Shown: piece by piece, positions 14,630 to 29,532 of the stretch
Numbering within the stretch: the stretch's first letter is position 1
Layout: every line of letters starts with the position of its first letter
Assembly (NCBI GenBank): GCA_951406725.2
Contig: OX597815.1
Span: forward strand, 148,490,001 to 148,554,000
Reading direction: 5' to 3'
DNA length: 64,000 nucleotides
From: Octopus vulgaris
Lineage: Eukaryota
Program-made: the position numbers and the translations under genes
The notes under the pieces: generated by a model
What the model was told of the DNA's origin: nothing
The model's input: only the letters and a program-made list of their open reading frames with translations
The model's database searches: none

Positions 14630-16037
14630 AAACAATTTTTACTATCAGATTTAGTCTTTAAGTTATTGAACATCCCTATAGTGACTATGTATATGTGCGC
14701 GCCCAGTACGCAGTGTTCGGTACCTGATTCTAATTCTAAGATTTGTTTTCTTTTTCCACACATTTTATATGATGTGGTGACCTAAGCAATAGAAAACAAG
14801 CAATATGTCCTCATCAAGAAAGTGCTGCGTTAATTCACAAAATGAGTTTTGTTATGTTAGTTATGTTATGTTAGCGTAGTTTAAAATATGTATTGTTGCA
14901 AAACGGAAATGTGTATGGCTCTGTTCCACTTGGCCACTCAACAACCCTGAAATACAAATATGGAGAAAATAAGTTGGTTTTAGTGAAAATACAGCATTAT
15001 GACCATAAATAGTTCATCTGTGTTGACTTACAGATGGGTGGATTTTCTCAAGAAACAGCAATCTGATTATATAAAATAACCATTCTTTCTTTGCATGTCG
15101 GAAAGTAGAGACCAAGGAAAGCACAATGTTAAGAAAGACTAGCCGCCTCGAACTAATATGGCGCTATTTAGAGCTGCCAGTATATTGGAAGAACCTTTAG
15201 TTGAGCGAGATAAGATCATTTCCACCCATTTGTACATCAAACTTGGGTTGATCAAGCAATTTGTTAAAGTCTCGACAAAACTGGGATGTACTTAAAGTAT
15301 ATCTGTAGTGTATTTCCAGACTTGATGATTGAAAAACTTTAAGCAGAGAGTTTTGATGGAACACAGATCCGTAAGCTCTCAAAAGACACAAATTCCGTGA
15401 AAATAATGAGCGAAAATGAAGCATTAGCTTGGCTAGCCTTTGTAGAAGTAGAGCAAAATTTCCGTGAGAAACACAGAGGTAAAACCTATAAGGACCTTTT
15501 TACCAATTTGATATCAACTTATCGCGATATTGGCGCGAATGTGAGATCGAAAGTCATTATATTGTTTTTTTCCCCTTGATCGTTTTCCTGAAAATCTCAA
15601 CGTTAGCGATGAACTAGGCGAACGATTCGACCAGGACATCAAGAAGATGGAAACTCGGTACCAAGAACGTTGGGATTCTATGATGATGGCAGACTATTGC
15701 TGGTGTTCAAAACAAGATACTCCTGTTGCTCACCATTCACAGTGCACAAAGAAGCGCAATTTTATTCCTTTAATTTTTTGCCAAAAATCTTAACCAATGT
15801 GCCTCTTCAATTTTGAATTTTTATTTGTACTTCGTTTTGTTTTGTGTAACGCTCTCGTTATTGATTCATACAATAAGCCTTTTGTTTGGATAAAATACTT
15901 ACAACATCAGGTTTAGTCAGAAAACTAAACCTGATACAGAAAAAATTAAGTTATCTTTTAATTTAGCAGGGAAAATCACCGAAGAAGTCGTTGAAGGCAC
16001 CCGACAAAAAAAGAATAAGTGATTTTCTTGCCCAGTG
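14630..16037 (+). mobile_element. Degraded, internally deleted Chapaev3-like (CMC) DNA transposon
   Basis: MSSSRKC..NEFCY N-terminus at ~14806; SLKxVLLxNGNVYGSVPLGHS; HIKLGLIKQFVK; DRFPENL..SDELGERFDQDIKKMETRYQERWDSMMMADYCW; 3' end TTGCCCAGTG followed by TTA. Family assignment from recalled motifs. Confidence 0.72.
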
Positions 16038-17089
16038 TTATCGAAGGTATAATCTAAAGATTTTTTTAAAATATTTATATTTTATCATTAGTTCTGCCTT
16101 TTAATCGTGATAAACTCTGACGTAAGTATTTAGAATGGTTCTTCAAGGCAAAGCTCACATTTAATTTTCCTTACTTCGTAAGATAGCGCGAGGTTCAGTA
16201 TCGGAGAATTACTATTAAAATTAGTTTATCTTTTAACATACATACATACATATTTATGTATATATGTATATGTATACATATTCATAAAGAACCTGAATGG
16301 TGATTATATCATGCAAGACATATTAAATAGGAATGATGAAATATATATATAAATAATATATAGTATATGATATCTTTTATTTAGATGAATAATGCCGACA
16401 TAAATTGAATGCAAATTGCACCAAATAGCCGAGAAACACAATATTAACTAATCCCAAACAATAAAAATATGGATTCAGGTGATTTTATATTAATGTTCAA
16501 AGGAGGAATTATCGTTTTCTCAATGCAAGTTTATATTACTTTATAATTGCAGATCTATATCTACGCAACGCATTATGCATTTATCAAAGTCTGCAAAAAC
16601 GACTGCATCTAACGATTATATTGATATAATATATTCTTAATTATCTGCCCTACATCAACTCAGTGAAATTAATATAGTGATGAAAGAGGGAAATATTTAA
16701 TCTGGTATGGGCTTAAATTGAAATATGCGTAGATAGAATATAAATGCCCACTGGAATAAAATATATTGTAATACTAGAATTCAATGGATATGTAAGTGGA
16801 AGATTTTGTGTTACTGCGTTTGTGTGTATATCTATGTAGTTGTACTTATATTTATTCACATATTTAAATCTCTGCGTATCTGCCTTTCTACCTTCCTTCT
16901 TCTCTCACCCTATCAATCAACCGACCTATCTATGGATCTAATTCGTATGTCTATCGATTTCTCCTATCTATCCATTTAATTATCTAGTGTGTGTGTGCGT
17001 GTGTATGTAAATGCATTTGTGTATACACACACACAGACACATATGTTCCAAATGTTGGCCCAAGACCAGCAGTTTCGACGAACGGGATA

Positions 17090-17582
17090 AAAAAGGACAG
17101 AAAATGAACAAACGGACAAGAAACAAACAACAGTCCGATAAAAATATGTTAACATGTAAAAGTGGGATGAATGCAATTAAAACGAGACATTTAGTAGAGA
17201 CACGATGGATAGAGACGAAAACAAACCGGATGATGGAATTATTAAACGAGTTGAAATGATTAAACAATCAATATAAGGCCTTAGGTTCAATCAGGAGACA
17301 TAAAATAGTCAACTTCTCGACGCCCACTTTATTCTCCTGTCACTGTCTCTCTGTTAATCTTTTAGGATATTCCCTCGGCATTGACTGTTTCGACTCCTGT
17401 CTGGCCCTAGGCCTTATTGCTTTGCTTGATTATTGCGGTTCCTTCGTATGTCCTGTCATTCTGCGTATTTTCGTCTGTCCATTAATTGTCTCACCTTGTA
17501 TTATATTTATTGTACATTAGCATGTTAACTTTCTGTATCGCATTTTTTTTTATTTCACGTCTGTTCGTTCACTTTTTGTCTT
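17090..17582. repeat. Diverged inverted repeat (~200-220-bp arms, ~65-bp spacer)
   Basis: Left GACAGAAAATGAACAAACGGAC..GTTAACATG..ATAAGGCCT..CAGGAG..AGTCAA matches the reverse complement of 17380-17582. Confidence 0.6.
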
Positions 17583-19837
17583 GGTTTTGTCTCGCCAATT
17601 CCCAGAGGCATTCCGTTGTCGGTGCTAAGAGAAGGGGATTCAATATTATAGGAAAAGCGTCAAATTGCGTCTATTGCGGGTTGCATAAACAACTACACAT
17701 ACTCTATGCAACAGAAACGCGCGTTGATTATTTCAACAAACTATCCTGTAAAATAAAGTTTTAAATTAAAAGAGAAACTTAAAACTGTACAAGTCTCCAT
17801 ATTCTTTGCAACTGTTTTTGGAGTTAAACTCCATATATTCTTTATAATACAATCGAAACGAACTGTGGTCTTCCCATCTTAACAATTACATTGGGATTGT
17901 ACACACTAAGCAATCCTGGGTGCTTCTTAGTACATGATGCCTGAGAGATTTTACGGTACCCGTCAGTATTTAAAGGAGACCCCATTTCTTTAAGCAATAT
18001 AATATTTACATCACTTATTGATAACACTGCAAGCAGATATAATATGGTTTGATATACATTAGGCGAGTCATTATAGTATAATGAACCATAGGAAAAGCTA
18101 CTCACTCATATACACGTTTACTAGCAACTAGGGAAAGTCATTTATTTTCCTCAGCAAATCAATATCAATGATGAAACAGCCAGTAATATTACGGATTAAT
18201 TCTAACCTATGATATGGCCGGACAGGTATTTGTAGTAAAATTTCTTATAACAATTGCTGCATTATTATTGTACGCATATAATACATAATTATTTTAAAGT
18301 TTTATACTTGAGGTTTCATACATTCAACGGAAAATGCATACGAACTTTCTGTAACGTAGTATACACAGCCTCTACAAAATAATATAGCTGACACTTTGTT
18401 TCGTTGTATACAGTTAAAATTTCTTGTGAGATTATATTTAGCTAAGGGTACAGATCGCTGTGTTACGTAAATGCTAGTTATAACAACCGCATTTTCAACT
18501 ATCAGAATTTAATAATGACCACACTGCTTAGTTTTAAAATAAAAATATGGGTTTGTTTTAGCCCAATCAAAAGCAATAGTGAAAATACTTTATTGCTAAC
18601 ATAGCTAACATATATGCATTATATCCTATTTTACTAAGGACAGCTACATACATATTTATATTATGAAAACTACACCTTTTTTGAAGTCTTAAAAATCTGG
18701 TATTCCTTTTTTATCTACGAAATCTATCATTCGCTACATGAGCGTAACACGTAAAAGATTGCAACTTTTTACTTGATATTAGATGTAAAATGTATACATT
18801 CACTATATTGAGTAGAGTTCTAAATTATATTCATCGCGAATCTGTTATTTAAAATGGTGTTGTTTAATGAATAAAGTAGTGGTGCCAAATTTTAATATTC
18901 CTGTGGCTAATCGGATCCGAAGAATCCTATACTGCGTAGTCTACGCCAAGTTATTTATTGTTTTAAATGAAATCTGATGATGGAATATTATTACTAGTTC
19001 AAAGTTCAATTTATGTAACTGTCTTGAATTAAACGTGTAGCCTATGGAATGGTAGACTAGAAAACAAACATCATAAACTGAACTGGTGTAGTCCATGCTA
19101 TATATTTTCGATTAGTGTAACGAATCAGACATCAGGATTAGAGCTCAGTACTGTTCTATATACAAATTATAGTAGTGTGTATCGTTAATTAAGATTTAAG
19201 TGTTATTAAAAAAGTTATTAAAAAATCATTGGTCAACATTATACAATTTGTTGTTATCATCCTGTTGTATAAAGTTATTATATTGGAGGTAGATTGCACG
19301 CGAAAATGAAAAAGGTTAAGAAAAGGGAGACCGTACGCTAAAAGTAATTTCACAGCGTAGAGAGGATATTGTAGATCGTACGGTGAAGTAGCACCTGATG
19401 GGGTACACATTTCTGCAGGTCTCACAGAACAGTACACAATATATCTTTATGTATATTTATATATATGTTTTGTGTGTGTGTGTGTTTGTGTGTGTTTGTG
19501 TGTGTGTGTGCGTGTGTGAGCGCATGAGTGTGTGTGTGTATCCACAAATATGCATATACGGAGGCTGTGGGGAATTCACTGTCGTCTATAATGGGCAGAA
19601 CTGAAAATAACACTGACATCTCATTTTAAAAGATATAATTACCAATATTACAGAATCGAAAAGCATCAATTTTCAGAATTTATACAGCGTACCCTGTATT
19701 GATATGTATATATCGTGTACATAGTGTATATAGTATATATATATATATCGTATACATAGTATATATAGTATATATATATATATATATATCGCATACATAG
19801 TATATATAGTATATATATATATATATTATTATTATTA

Positions 19838-19959
19838 TTATTAGGGAGTAAATCCAAACTTATAGGAAAAAATTAGATTTAGGACTAAATCAAATTTCAC
19901 AGTATAGATATAAATCAAATTAGAGATAAAACCACTATTGGGTAAATCAAATAGTGAAA

Positions 19960-19962
<3 letters not shown>
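19838..19962 (-). mobile_element. Terminal fragment of the Penelope-like family seen at 57311-57627
   Basis: TAGGGAGTAAATCCAAACTTA..GATTTAGGA..AAATTAGAGATAAAACCACTATT shared with 57311-57627. Confidence 0.65.
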
Positions 19963-20040
<78 letters not shown>

Positions 20041-20135
20041 AATGTATATGTTAATGCAATTGAAACAACTGCTAGAACTTTAAAAGGTGTGATCTAAAAT
20101 AATGTCACGATTTCCTTCGTAAATATTGGTTGTTG

Positions 20136-20220
<85 letters not shown>

Positions 20221-21614
20221 CATAGACATATATAACATACTAAAGCCAATTTGTTTTCTGTCATTTGACATTAAACTTTGAGACCTAATATTTTATTAAT
20301 CTAAGATTATTTTCAAAACAGCCCATAAACTTAAGCAAGTGCATGTACTGAAAAGGTTCTAAATATCTATAAATTTGCACAATTCCCTGCAAATGGTACC
20401 ATTTGCATTCAGCGTCCTCAAATGTATTGATCTGAGAACGAGTAAAGTATCTCATCCGATACTTATGAGGGAAATCCTAAGATGAGTATTATTTGTGTAA
20501 CCTAACGAGACAAGAGATTAACAGATTAGAATCCATATGAATTACAAAAATAGATTGTTCAATTGATTTAACACGGTCTAACACCGCCAGGAACTGTATG
20601 TAGTATAGTACAGTTTGCAAATTTTATTGTCGTATAAAGTTTAAGTTCTTTCGAAAGCAGTAGATATTATTGCTGACTTCTATAGGCGAACTGTTGTCGA
20701 TATTTCACCTTACATCTCAAGGAAAAATAACAATTTCATTTCAAATGAGATAAATAGGAATATTTGTTTTTCAATTTTATTCTCTATGTATTTCACAAGA
20801 TTGAATTAATTGAAAAAGTAAAAGCGAGAAAACTATCGAAAATGAAATTTTAAATTATATTAAAATGTAGGTATATATTTTCGTTAGATTTACTGTAAAA
20901 AAGAAAAGTTACGAAATTAAGTGGAATAGGATATAATGACATATAATGATATGTAAAAGAGAATTCAAGAAATGGTTAAGGAAGATTTATATGTTATGTA
21001 TTTATAAAAGCCTTTTCAGATATATTAGAATCTTATGAAGAAATGCTGAAGAAACCATACAAGCACAAAACCATATTTAAGGTTACATTTTATTACATCA
21101 CAAAATGTATTACTTATACACATGTCATTGTAGTCTTCTCCATTAATAATGTTAACAATGAGTCATAGAAAGGTAAGCACATTGTGATTCATTTTAATGG
21201 CTGTATACCACATATTTAGGTATCTCGTTTCTCACAGTATAGGTGAGACCTTATATGGATTTGAATGTAACTCACTCCATGTATTTAAATGATTTCTGAA
21301 ATAAGCATTCATTTCATTTTAACGGCTTCTAGAAAGCTTTAGAATTTTGCACAAGCAATCAGCTCCGAGTGCACTGATTCTTTTAATAGCAGAAACGGGT
21401 CTCTACTAGTGTAGTTAATTACGTGAACATCGTTTTCTTTGCATTTATATATATTTTATGCTCGTTTCTTACCTAACTCTTCACTCAAAATCATTGTATA
21501 TTAGTTCTAACAACTGGGTATTGATAACGCTATACCCATATATCTAAGAGAAATCATAAAATATATATACATACTGTAGGTATGTATTTCATGATATATT
21601 TGGTGTGTGTGTGC

Positions 21615-21677
<63 letters not shown>

Positions 21678-22777
21678 CGTATTAGTGTTTATACACGCGC
21701 ATAGAAGGAAATGCTACAAAATGTGATCATTTAAGAAATTCATCTAATCACGCGTTTTCACACTAAGTTCATTTGCATAGCTTTATATTAATGTGGACTT
21801 AAATATGCTGCGCCAATTGAATACAAAATTCATACTAAAAGTTAACTTACATGAATTTATGACTGTTCATGAAAAGTTGTTAAATTCAATTTAAATTAAA
21901 TTCAGCTACACAGTGAATCATATTCTGGAAACATAAAAAATACGTCGCTCGAAACACACACACATAATACTGAACGACGTAACTACAATCTCAGAAAACA
22001 TGATTCAAATTTTATCTGGATATGTAACCGATGACGGCAAAATAAGAGCGCTTGGTGTTTGGCACGGGAGCTATTTTGCTGTAGCAAGGTTACTATGCAA
22101 AATGCAAAAACAGTACATCGTATCAGAATTCGGTGCTAAGATATAACTGCAAGATGAAAGACGATGATTAAAAGGGCGAGAATATTTACGCCACCACTCG
22201 TTGTCCGACAACGCGTTGCAAAGTACCAGAATTTGAAAAGATCCTTCCGGCAATTAGCAACGCGTTAGGAAACAAAGCCATTTCAGCGAAACACTTGTAA
22301 CCTTTCAAAGGCCAATCACACAATTATCGCCTTTCCCTCTCACCTTCCGCTATTCGGTGAATCAATATTTAGCACATTTGACAGTTCAAAAAGAATATCG
22401 GCATTATTCACAAATAGTTGACACACTAGTAACAATCACATAGAAATACGTATAAGTACAAATACATACGCATACACACCCAAACAAAACAAAATGCTAT
22501 ATACGTTTAGGTGCAGAAGTGGTGAGGAAATTATACATGCTTCCAAACAGTACAATTCTGGGTACAATTTAACTGTGTGGTAATGTCTTCAACTGTAATC
22601 CCAAGCCGACTGCGAATTGTTGAATTGGTTGACGGACACTGAGGTAATCCCTGTATTGTATGCGTTCATGCGTACATACATACATGCATACATACACACA
22701 CGCATATGCATATATACATATATATTAATTTTTAAAAATTTATATCTACCTATATATATATATTTGTGTGTGTGTGC

Positions 22778-22834
<57 letters not shown>

Positions 22835-22988
22835 CGCGTAGGTGTATTTGTACCACTCACGCTGCTTAGCAAACGCTGTTGATTCGATTTTGAAACCTGA
22901 TAAAAATATGTACCCCTTAAGAGATGATGAATGTACTTAATTTCTCATCTCTTAAATATAGAACTATATATACATGCACAGATATATG

Positions 22989-23051
<63 letters not shown>

Positions 23052-23159
23052 ATATATATAATCTATATATATATAATATATATGTTTATGTATATACATA
23101 TCATTTATATATATATATATATACATATATACACATATATAATACATATGCATACATAA

Positions 23160-23217
<58 letters not shown>

Positions 23218-23242
23218 ACGTATATATATATAATAACGTATA

Positions 23243-26120
23243 AATAACTTAGAATAACTTAGAAAGGTTTTGGCCAGTATTGGCCCAGGCCATGTCTAAC
23301 TTAATAGAACCACCTGGCGAAGTCTTTCAATTCAGGATTTGGGCACCAAGGCCCATTCGAGCAGAGAGTTATTGTTTCCGGAGACATATCCGGGTGTGGG
23401 TGGTTTGTCCGGGACTGTTTGAAGGAATTTGTCCAAAGACGTCTTGAATTTTGTGTGGTCAGTTTCTTTTTTGACGTGTACTGGTGTAATGTTGAAGAGA
23501 GCGGGTCCAATTGAGGTGAAATAGTTGTGCCGTATTGTCGTAATATGATGCGATTTAGATTTTTGTTGTGGACGGATGGTACGTGGTCCAAGCCTTGGAT
23601 GTATTTTGAAGGTGATGCCAACATCATTCGGACAGTGCTGATAGAATATTTTCCACATCATACAGATAATATAGCGTTCACGGCGCCGTTGGAGTGAATA
23701 CAATTTCAGCTTCTCTAGTCTACCCCAGTAGTCAAGGTCTGACATGCCATCTATCTTTTTTGTGATTGACCTTTGGGGAGCTTCAATTCTCATAATATTT
23801 TGTTTTGTGTAGGGAGACCACAGTGGACAGCAGTATTCAAGGTGGGGTCGGGCAAAAGTGGAGAAGAGAAGGATAATAGTGTGGGAATCTCTCGACTGGA
23901 AGGTTATGAGAATCCAGGAGCACATTCTGCGGGCCATGTCAGCTTTGCTGCTTATATGTGTAGCCCAGCTTATGTTGTTGTCCACTGTTACTCCCAAGTC
24001 TCTGATGTTGTTGGATGCCATGAGAATTTCTCCAGAAGGAAGAGAGTATGGAAGTTTCAGAGCGTCCTCCCTTCCAAAGTGGATCAGTTCGAATTTGTCT
24101 TCATTTAGCAACATGTTATTCTTTTCCGCCCATTATACAACAGCCAGTAGGTCTGACTGAAGGTTTATTCGGTCATCCACGCCATTGATGACCTTCTGGA
24201 GCTTGGAATAATCAGCGGAGGTTCTGATGTTACTGTGTTTGATGGTGTCAGTAATATCATTTATATAGATGATGAAGAGAAGTGGGCCCAACACAGTGCC
24301 TTGTGGGACACCACTGCTGACTTTGGCTGGGCTGGATTTGACTCCTTCGACTACAACATGTTGGGTTCTGTTAGACATGAAGCACTTGATCCACTGGAGC
24401 AGCTTTCCAGTGACACCAATATTGGACAGCTTTCTCAGAAGGATCTTATGATCAACCCTGTCAAAGGCCTTGCTGAAATCAAGGTAGACGACATCAGTGT
24501 TGGGACCCTCTCCCAAGGCTCTCAAAATGTCATCAAAATGATGCAGTAGCTGCGTCAGGCAACCTCTCCCATTACGGAATCCATGCTGGTTGGGGTTCAG
24601 CATATTATGACTCTCAAGGAAGTGAGTCATACGCGATCTCAGCACTCTCTCAAATACCTTAATGATATGAGAGGTGAGTGAGATTGGACGGTAATTCACG
24701 AATCAGAGGGCCAACAGTAGAACCAGTGACTCTGTGTTTTTTTGCAAATGAAAAGAACACTTTCGGATTGAGTTTGATCTTCTCAATGGCCCAGGCCTCT
24801 TCAGCTCTTCGCTGACTATTGATGATAGACATCATGTTGTTTTGGAGTTTATGTTTTTTAATCTCTAGCGACGAGATGGCAGTCAGGTTGGTGTGTTGCT
24901 GTATTTCAGCTTGTTGATCTTTTTGTTAATTCTTTTAATTTTCCTGATGAGAGATTTTCTATTTCTAGGGATTCGACACTTACATTTGTTTGCAGATCGT
25001 AATGGGGTGTGTCTTGCACATATGTTCGTAATGGTGTCTACAAGTGACTGCCAGGACTTTTTGATGTTAGTGGGTGTGTATGTGTGCATGAAGGACCAAT
25101 CGACTTGTGCAAGATCATTATTGATCGCTTCCCAATTTGCATTGTGGAAATCCATAGTGTCAAATGGATGAACAGGAGGGATGACATTTGTTCTGCATTT
25201 TGGCCAGTGAAATCTCAGATCACAGAGAACCATGTTATGGTCGGAGAGTAGGGTTTTCTACACTGCAATATTGTGGATAGTATCAGTGTGATTGCTGAAA
25301 ATTAAGTCTAAGACGTTTTTATGACATATCGTTGGTTCGAGTACCAGTTGGGACAGGAAGAAATCATCCATGAAGTCAAGAAGCGATTCCACTGCCTCCC
25401 TGTCAGGGGTTGAGAGAGAAGAACCTGGCGGCAGACTGTTTGTAGACCAGTCAACCCCGGGAAGGTTGAAGTCTCCCATCATTAAAATGTTGTCAGGTTG
25501 ACACTGCTGAATGAAACACTTTATGCTGTTGAGGCATTCCTTGAAGCATGGTAGGGGCGTTTGGGGTGGTTTGTAGAGCCCAACTACTGTTAAGTTGTTG
25601 GTTTGACTGAATACAGTGACTGCTTCGCAGTATCCATTGGAAAATATGTTCATGCTTCTGTTGAGAATGAATCATGAACATAAATGGCAGTCCCACCCTT
25701 TCTTCTGCAAGCACGATCAGCACGAATGGTTTTGAAATTTTTAACTTTCACCTCGGCTTCCAAGTGAAGGTTACTAAGATGGGTTTCAGTGAGGACGAAG
25801 AAAGGGATGTGGATTGGATGGGCCTCGACCCAGTCCTCCAGGAATCTTATCTTCCATTTTTGTGTATTGGTGGAAGGGCTGATGCCTTGGGCATTAAGCA
25901 GAAATGTTGAGGCGAGAGTGGATGGTTTTAATTGTTTTGGTGATTTGTTTATTTGATTGCTTTTTAATGGCATGTGCAGTGGGATAATAGTGGTGGATGG
26001 TGGTGGGTGATAGCTCGGATGTTTTTTTCCAGTTCTTTTGCTAGATTCATTATAGCTAAGAAAGAGGAAGAAGAGGTGGTTTCCTGTCTAGGGAACTGTA
26101 GGTGACTGTGGTTGTGGTTA
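23243..26120 (-). mobile_element. CR1/L2-group LINE: end of ORF1, APE and RT, with internal deletion and disruptions; related to 6414-7897
   Basis: LNAQG, LTETHL, RADR..KGGTAIYV, MGDFNLP, LDLIFSN, then RT fragments 24133-24699 and 23332-24114 (SADY in place of FADD); tail (CTAAGTTATT)2; TA tracts at both ends. Confidence 0.92.
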
Positions 26121-26534
26121 TTTATATATATATATATATATATAAAATTACAAAAATTGATTCCAGGTGAGAATGCAATCGATAAAACCGTGGGAACGTG
26201 CATTTGTACGCGCAAGTACATCAGCTATTGCGATCGATACTTCGCGTACGCATACGGTTTGCTAAAAAAAAGCCCGCTGGCTTGAAATAATGCCATAAAA
26301 TGCAGTGTATTTAAGAGACCAAAAATGTAGATGCAACAGATATATTTTGTTCAAACTTTGCATGAAGGAAGGAAAGACGATTTGGTTTCTCAATAAGTTT
26401 TGTTTTTGGCTTAAATTCATTTAACAAAACTAAAAACTTTATTGGAATTATGGCATGCTTAATTATATTTGTGATTGCTTTCTATTCATCAGATATGATT
26501 CAGCACCGTCCATTGGACGGATGCGTTTTGCCCG

Positions 26535-26624
<90 letters not shown>

Positions 26625-26626
<2 letters not shown>

Positions 26627-27836
26627 CCGACAGTAAAAAAATGTGGAAGACCCAATTGCGGGATATGCGACTATCTAATTGAGGGATCAGAGTTCTCCTT
26701 CAAACAGGGACAACGGTTTACAGTGAAAAGCAACTTCACATGTGCTTCGGAGAACCTAATATACTCACTAACCTGCTCCGGGTGTCAAGAGCAGTACATA
26801 GGCCAAACAAAAAATAGTTTTGCGTAAACGAATGGCCCTGCACAGATCCCAGATAAAAATTCCCCAAAACAAAAAAATAGCTTTTAGCCAACACATAGAT
26901 ACTTGCGCCAACAAAAAACACCAAGCTTCAGGATTTTCCCCCTCTACCAATTTAGGGACGATACAACCTCGAGACAACGAATAAGTAAAGAAACTCTCTT
27001 TATTGCAAAATACAGGCCACTTCTAAACGGGTCTACGACAAACAATTAATATACCTCAACTTTAGAATGAAAGAAATATTCACAAACAAATATTACATTC
27101 CAAAGAATCCATTACTAATCACAGCTAAAACCACAGCTATAATCCATAACATGCCAACTTCAAGTCATACAACACCTCACTACTTTAACCCATTCATATT
27201 CTCCCTTCTCTGTTTTTTTCTTCTTCTTTCTCTTCTTCTTCATCATCATCATCATTATCATCATCATCGTCGTCATAACCATCACCACCATCACCATCAT
27301 CGTCATCTTCTCCTTCTCCTTCTTCTTCTTCTTCTTCTTCATCATCATTATCATCAACATCGTCATCTTCTTCTTCTTCTTCTTCTTCTACTTCTCCACC
27401 TTCTACCCCTTAACTTTGTCACTAATGTTTTTTAGTATAACACCTACGCAAATTCTATAAACAAGCCTTTCAATAGAAATATTCTCCTGAATTGAACTGC
27501 GACTGCCAGCCTCCACTGACCATTCAAAATACGACCATCAGGGCACTCCCAGATTCTCCCACCCCCTTTCCTCATCAGCCTTCTTCCTCTACTACCCTAC
27601 CAAGAACTCACAACGACCTCCAACACACAAGTGTAAACAAGGGAGTCAAAGAAAGGCAGAATGCTACTTATATCTGAACACTACTATAGAAATATTCCTT
27701 TAAAAAAACTTTTCTTCTAACTTTTCTAAATTTAATTATTTAATCGTTACAGTTGAAAAGGTCTCAAAATGACCGAAACCGGTACTGAAATGTTCTTTAT
27801 AAAATTATTTTAGCATTTTCTATTTTTGACTTGTTT

Positions 27837-27840
<4 letters not shown>
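26625..27840 (+). mobile_element. 5'-truncated Penelope-like element (Neptune-like): Cys linker, GIY-YIG endonuclease, simple-repeat 3' UTR, HHR-bearing end
   Basis: [36 protein letters not shown], two frameshifts, ..KETLFIAKYRPLLN stop at 27049; TA tracts at both ends. Confidence 0.85.
27745..27792 (+). ncRNA. Minimal type I hammerhead ribozyme, U3:A8 core variant
   Basis: CGTTaCAG-TTGAAAA-GGTC tcaaaat GACC-GAA-ACCGGT-A^-CTGaAATG. Confidence 0.7.
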
Positions 27841-27891
<51 letters not shown>

Positions 27892-28493
27892 CATGTGAAG
27901 ATTCCACAGACGTATACTTACGTATGTGGAGAATACGCATCGTACGTGCCTATCACTTATTCGTAGCTTGTAGAAGTGGTGCAATATATGTATAGAATAT
28001 CTGATAGAATCTAGGCAAGGGTAAGTTTGTTCCGTCGGTCTTCCGAAACCCTACACTAGAATTGTCTCTACTTGTTGTGTACTAGTTAGATGCAACATAG
28101 AGCAAAATGGCAGCAGATGTCAATAAACACAAATGTTTACAGTCAGACTTATATATATTGTATGTAAAAATTTTCCCGTCATGAAGTGAACAGTATTTAA
28201 ATCTTTTCTTTAAGAGAAAGGTTTACTGAATATATGAACAATTTGAAAATAGTGACTAAACAGAGAACCAAGATAATACATCAGGTCATCGAAGTATTAT
28301 CAATGTATCAACTTGGAGTCTCGTTTTAATATAAACTTAAAAGAACGTATAAGAATTGGTATGCACGGAATTGTTCATATGTTTAAATATTGTAGTTTTT
28401 TTTCTCAAATATGGAAAACAGTTATACGAGGAAAAGAAAAAGAAATGTTTACACAGAGAAAGCACTAGAAATAGTCTATTTGTATTTGAAATG

Positions 28494-28806
28494 GACTCTC
28501 CGTCGTTTACGACGACGAAGGTCCTACCTAATGCGATGAACAGAACGACTTGCTCGAGAAATTAATGTGCAAGTGGTTAAGACATGCTTAACTTTAACAT
28601 ATTTCTCAGGGATATTCATTGTGACATATAATGTGACAAAGCTGACCCTTTGAAATACAGCCACAACACATATTTGCCAGCTGAGTGGACTGGAGCAACG
28701 TGAAATTAAGTGTTTTACTCAAGGACACAACGTATCGGCTGGAATTGAACACACGACTTTACAGTATGGAGTCGAATGCTCTAATGACTAAGCCATGTGC
28801 CTTCAC
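28494..28806 (-). mobile_element. tRNA-derived SINE
   Basis: Minus head GTGAAGGCACATGGCTTAGT..; core TGTCCTTGAGTAAAACACTT; tail GGACCTTCGTCGTCG is also found at ~13533. Confidence 0.75.
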
Positions 28807-28939
28807 ATATTTGTATATATACCTGGTCAATACTACAACATAAAACTACAACAGTCAATGATGCAAAACACTGTTATAATTTAAATGTATTATCTATTGA
28901 CTCATATGTATTTGTGTCAAAATATGATTTACTTTAACT

Positions 28940-29120
<181 letters not shown>

Positions 29121-29347
29121 TCTGCCGATCCATCGACCTCAAAATCTTTGCAAGTGCGCGCCTTAGGGAGTAACGTTGAGTGTGATTATAGACGCATATA
29201 ATTTCATTTTCTGTATGTGTAAATACTGGTATGTCAATATATGTATGCATGTATGCATATGTGCTTGTATGTATGTATATATGTATGCATGTATGTATAG
29301 AAGTATGTATGCATATATACATTGAGATAGATATATATGTATATACA

Positions 29348-29405
<58 letters not shown>

Positions 29406-29436
29406 TATACGTATATATATATATTTATGTATATAC

Positions 29437-29532
<96 letters not shown>

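Noticed and set aside
19325-19425. ACCGTACG..CGTACGGT inverted octamer and CACCTGATGG
   Set aside because: Short, with no GAAA partner; compatible with chance.
21950-22420. Relatively CpG-rich unique segment, possible promoter or exon
   Set aside because: No ORF, splice pattern or motif that supports a call.
26170-26535. CpG-rich segment ending in the hairpin CCGTCCA-T-TGGACGG, considered as a Helitron end
   Set aside because: Lacks the CTAG terminus; probably a DNA-transposon remnant but unclassifiable by eye.
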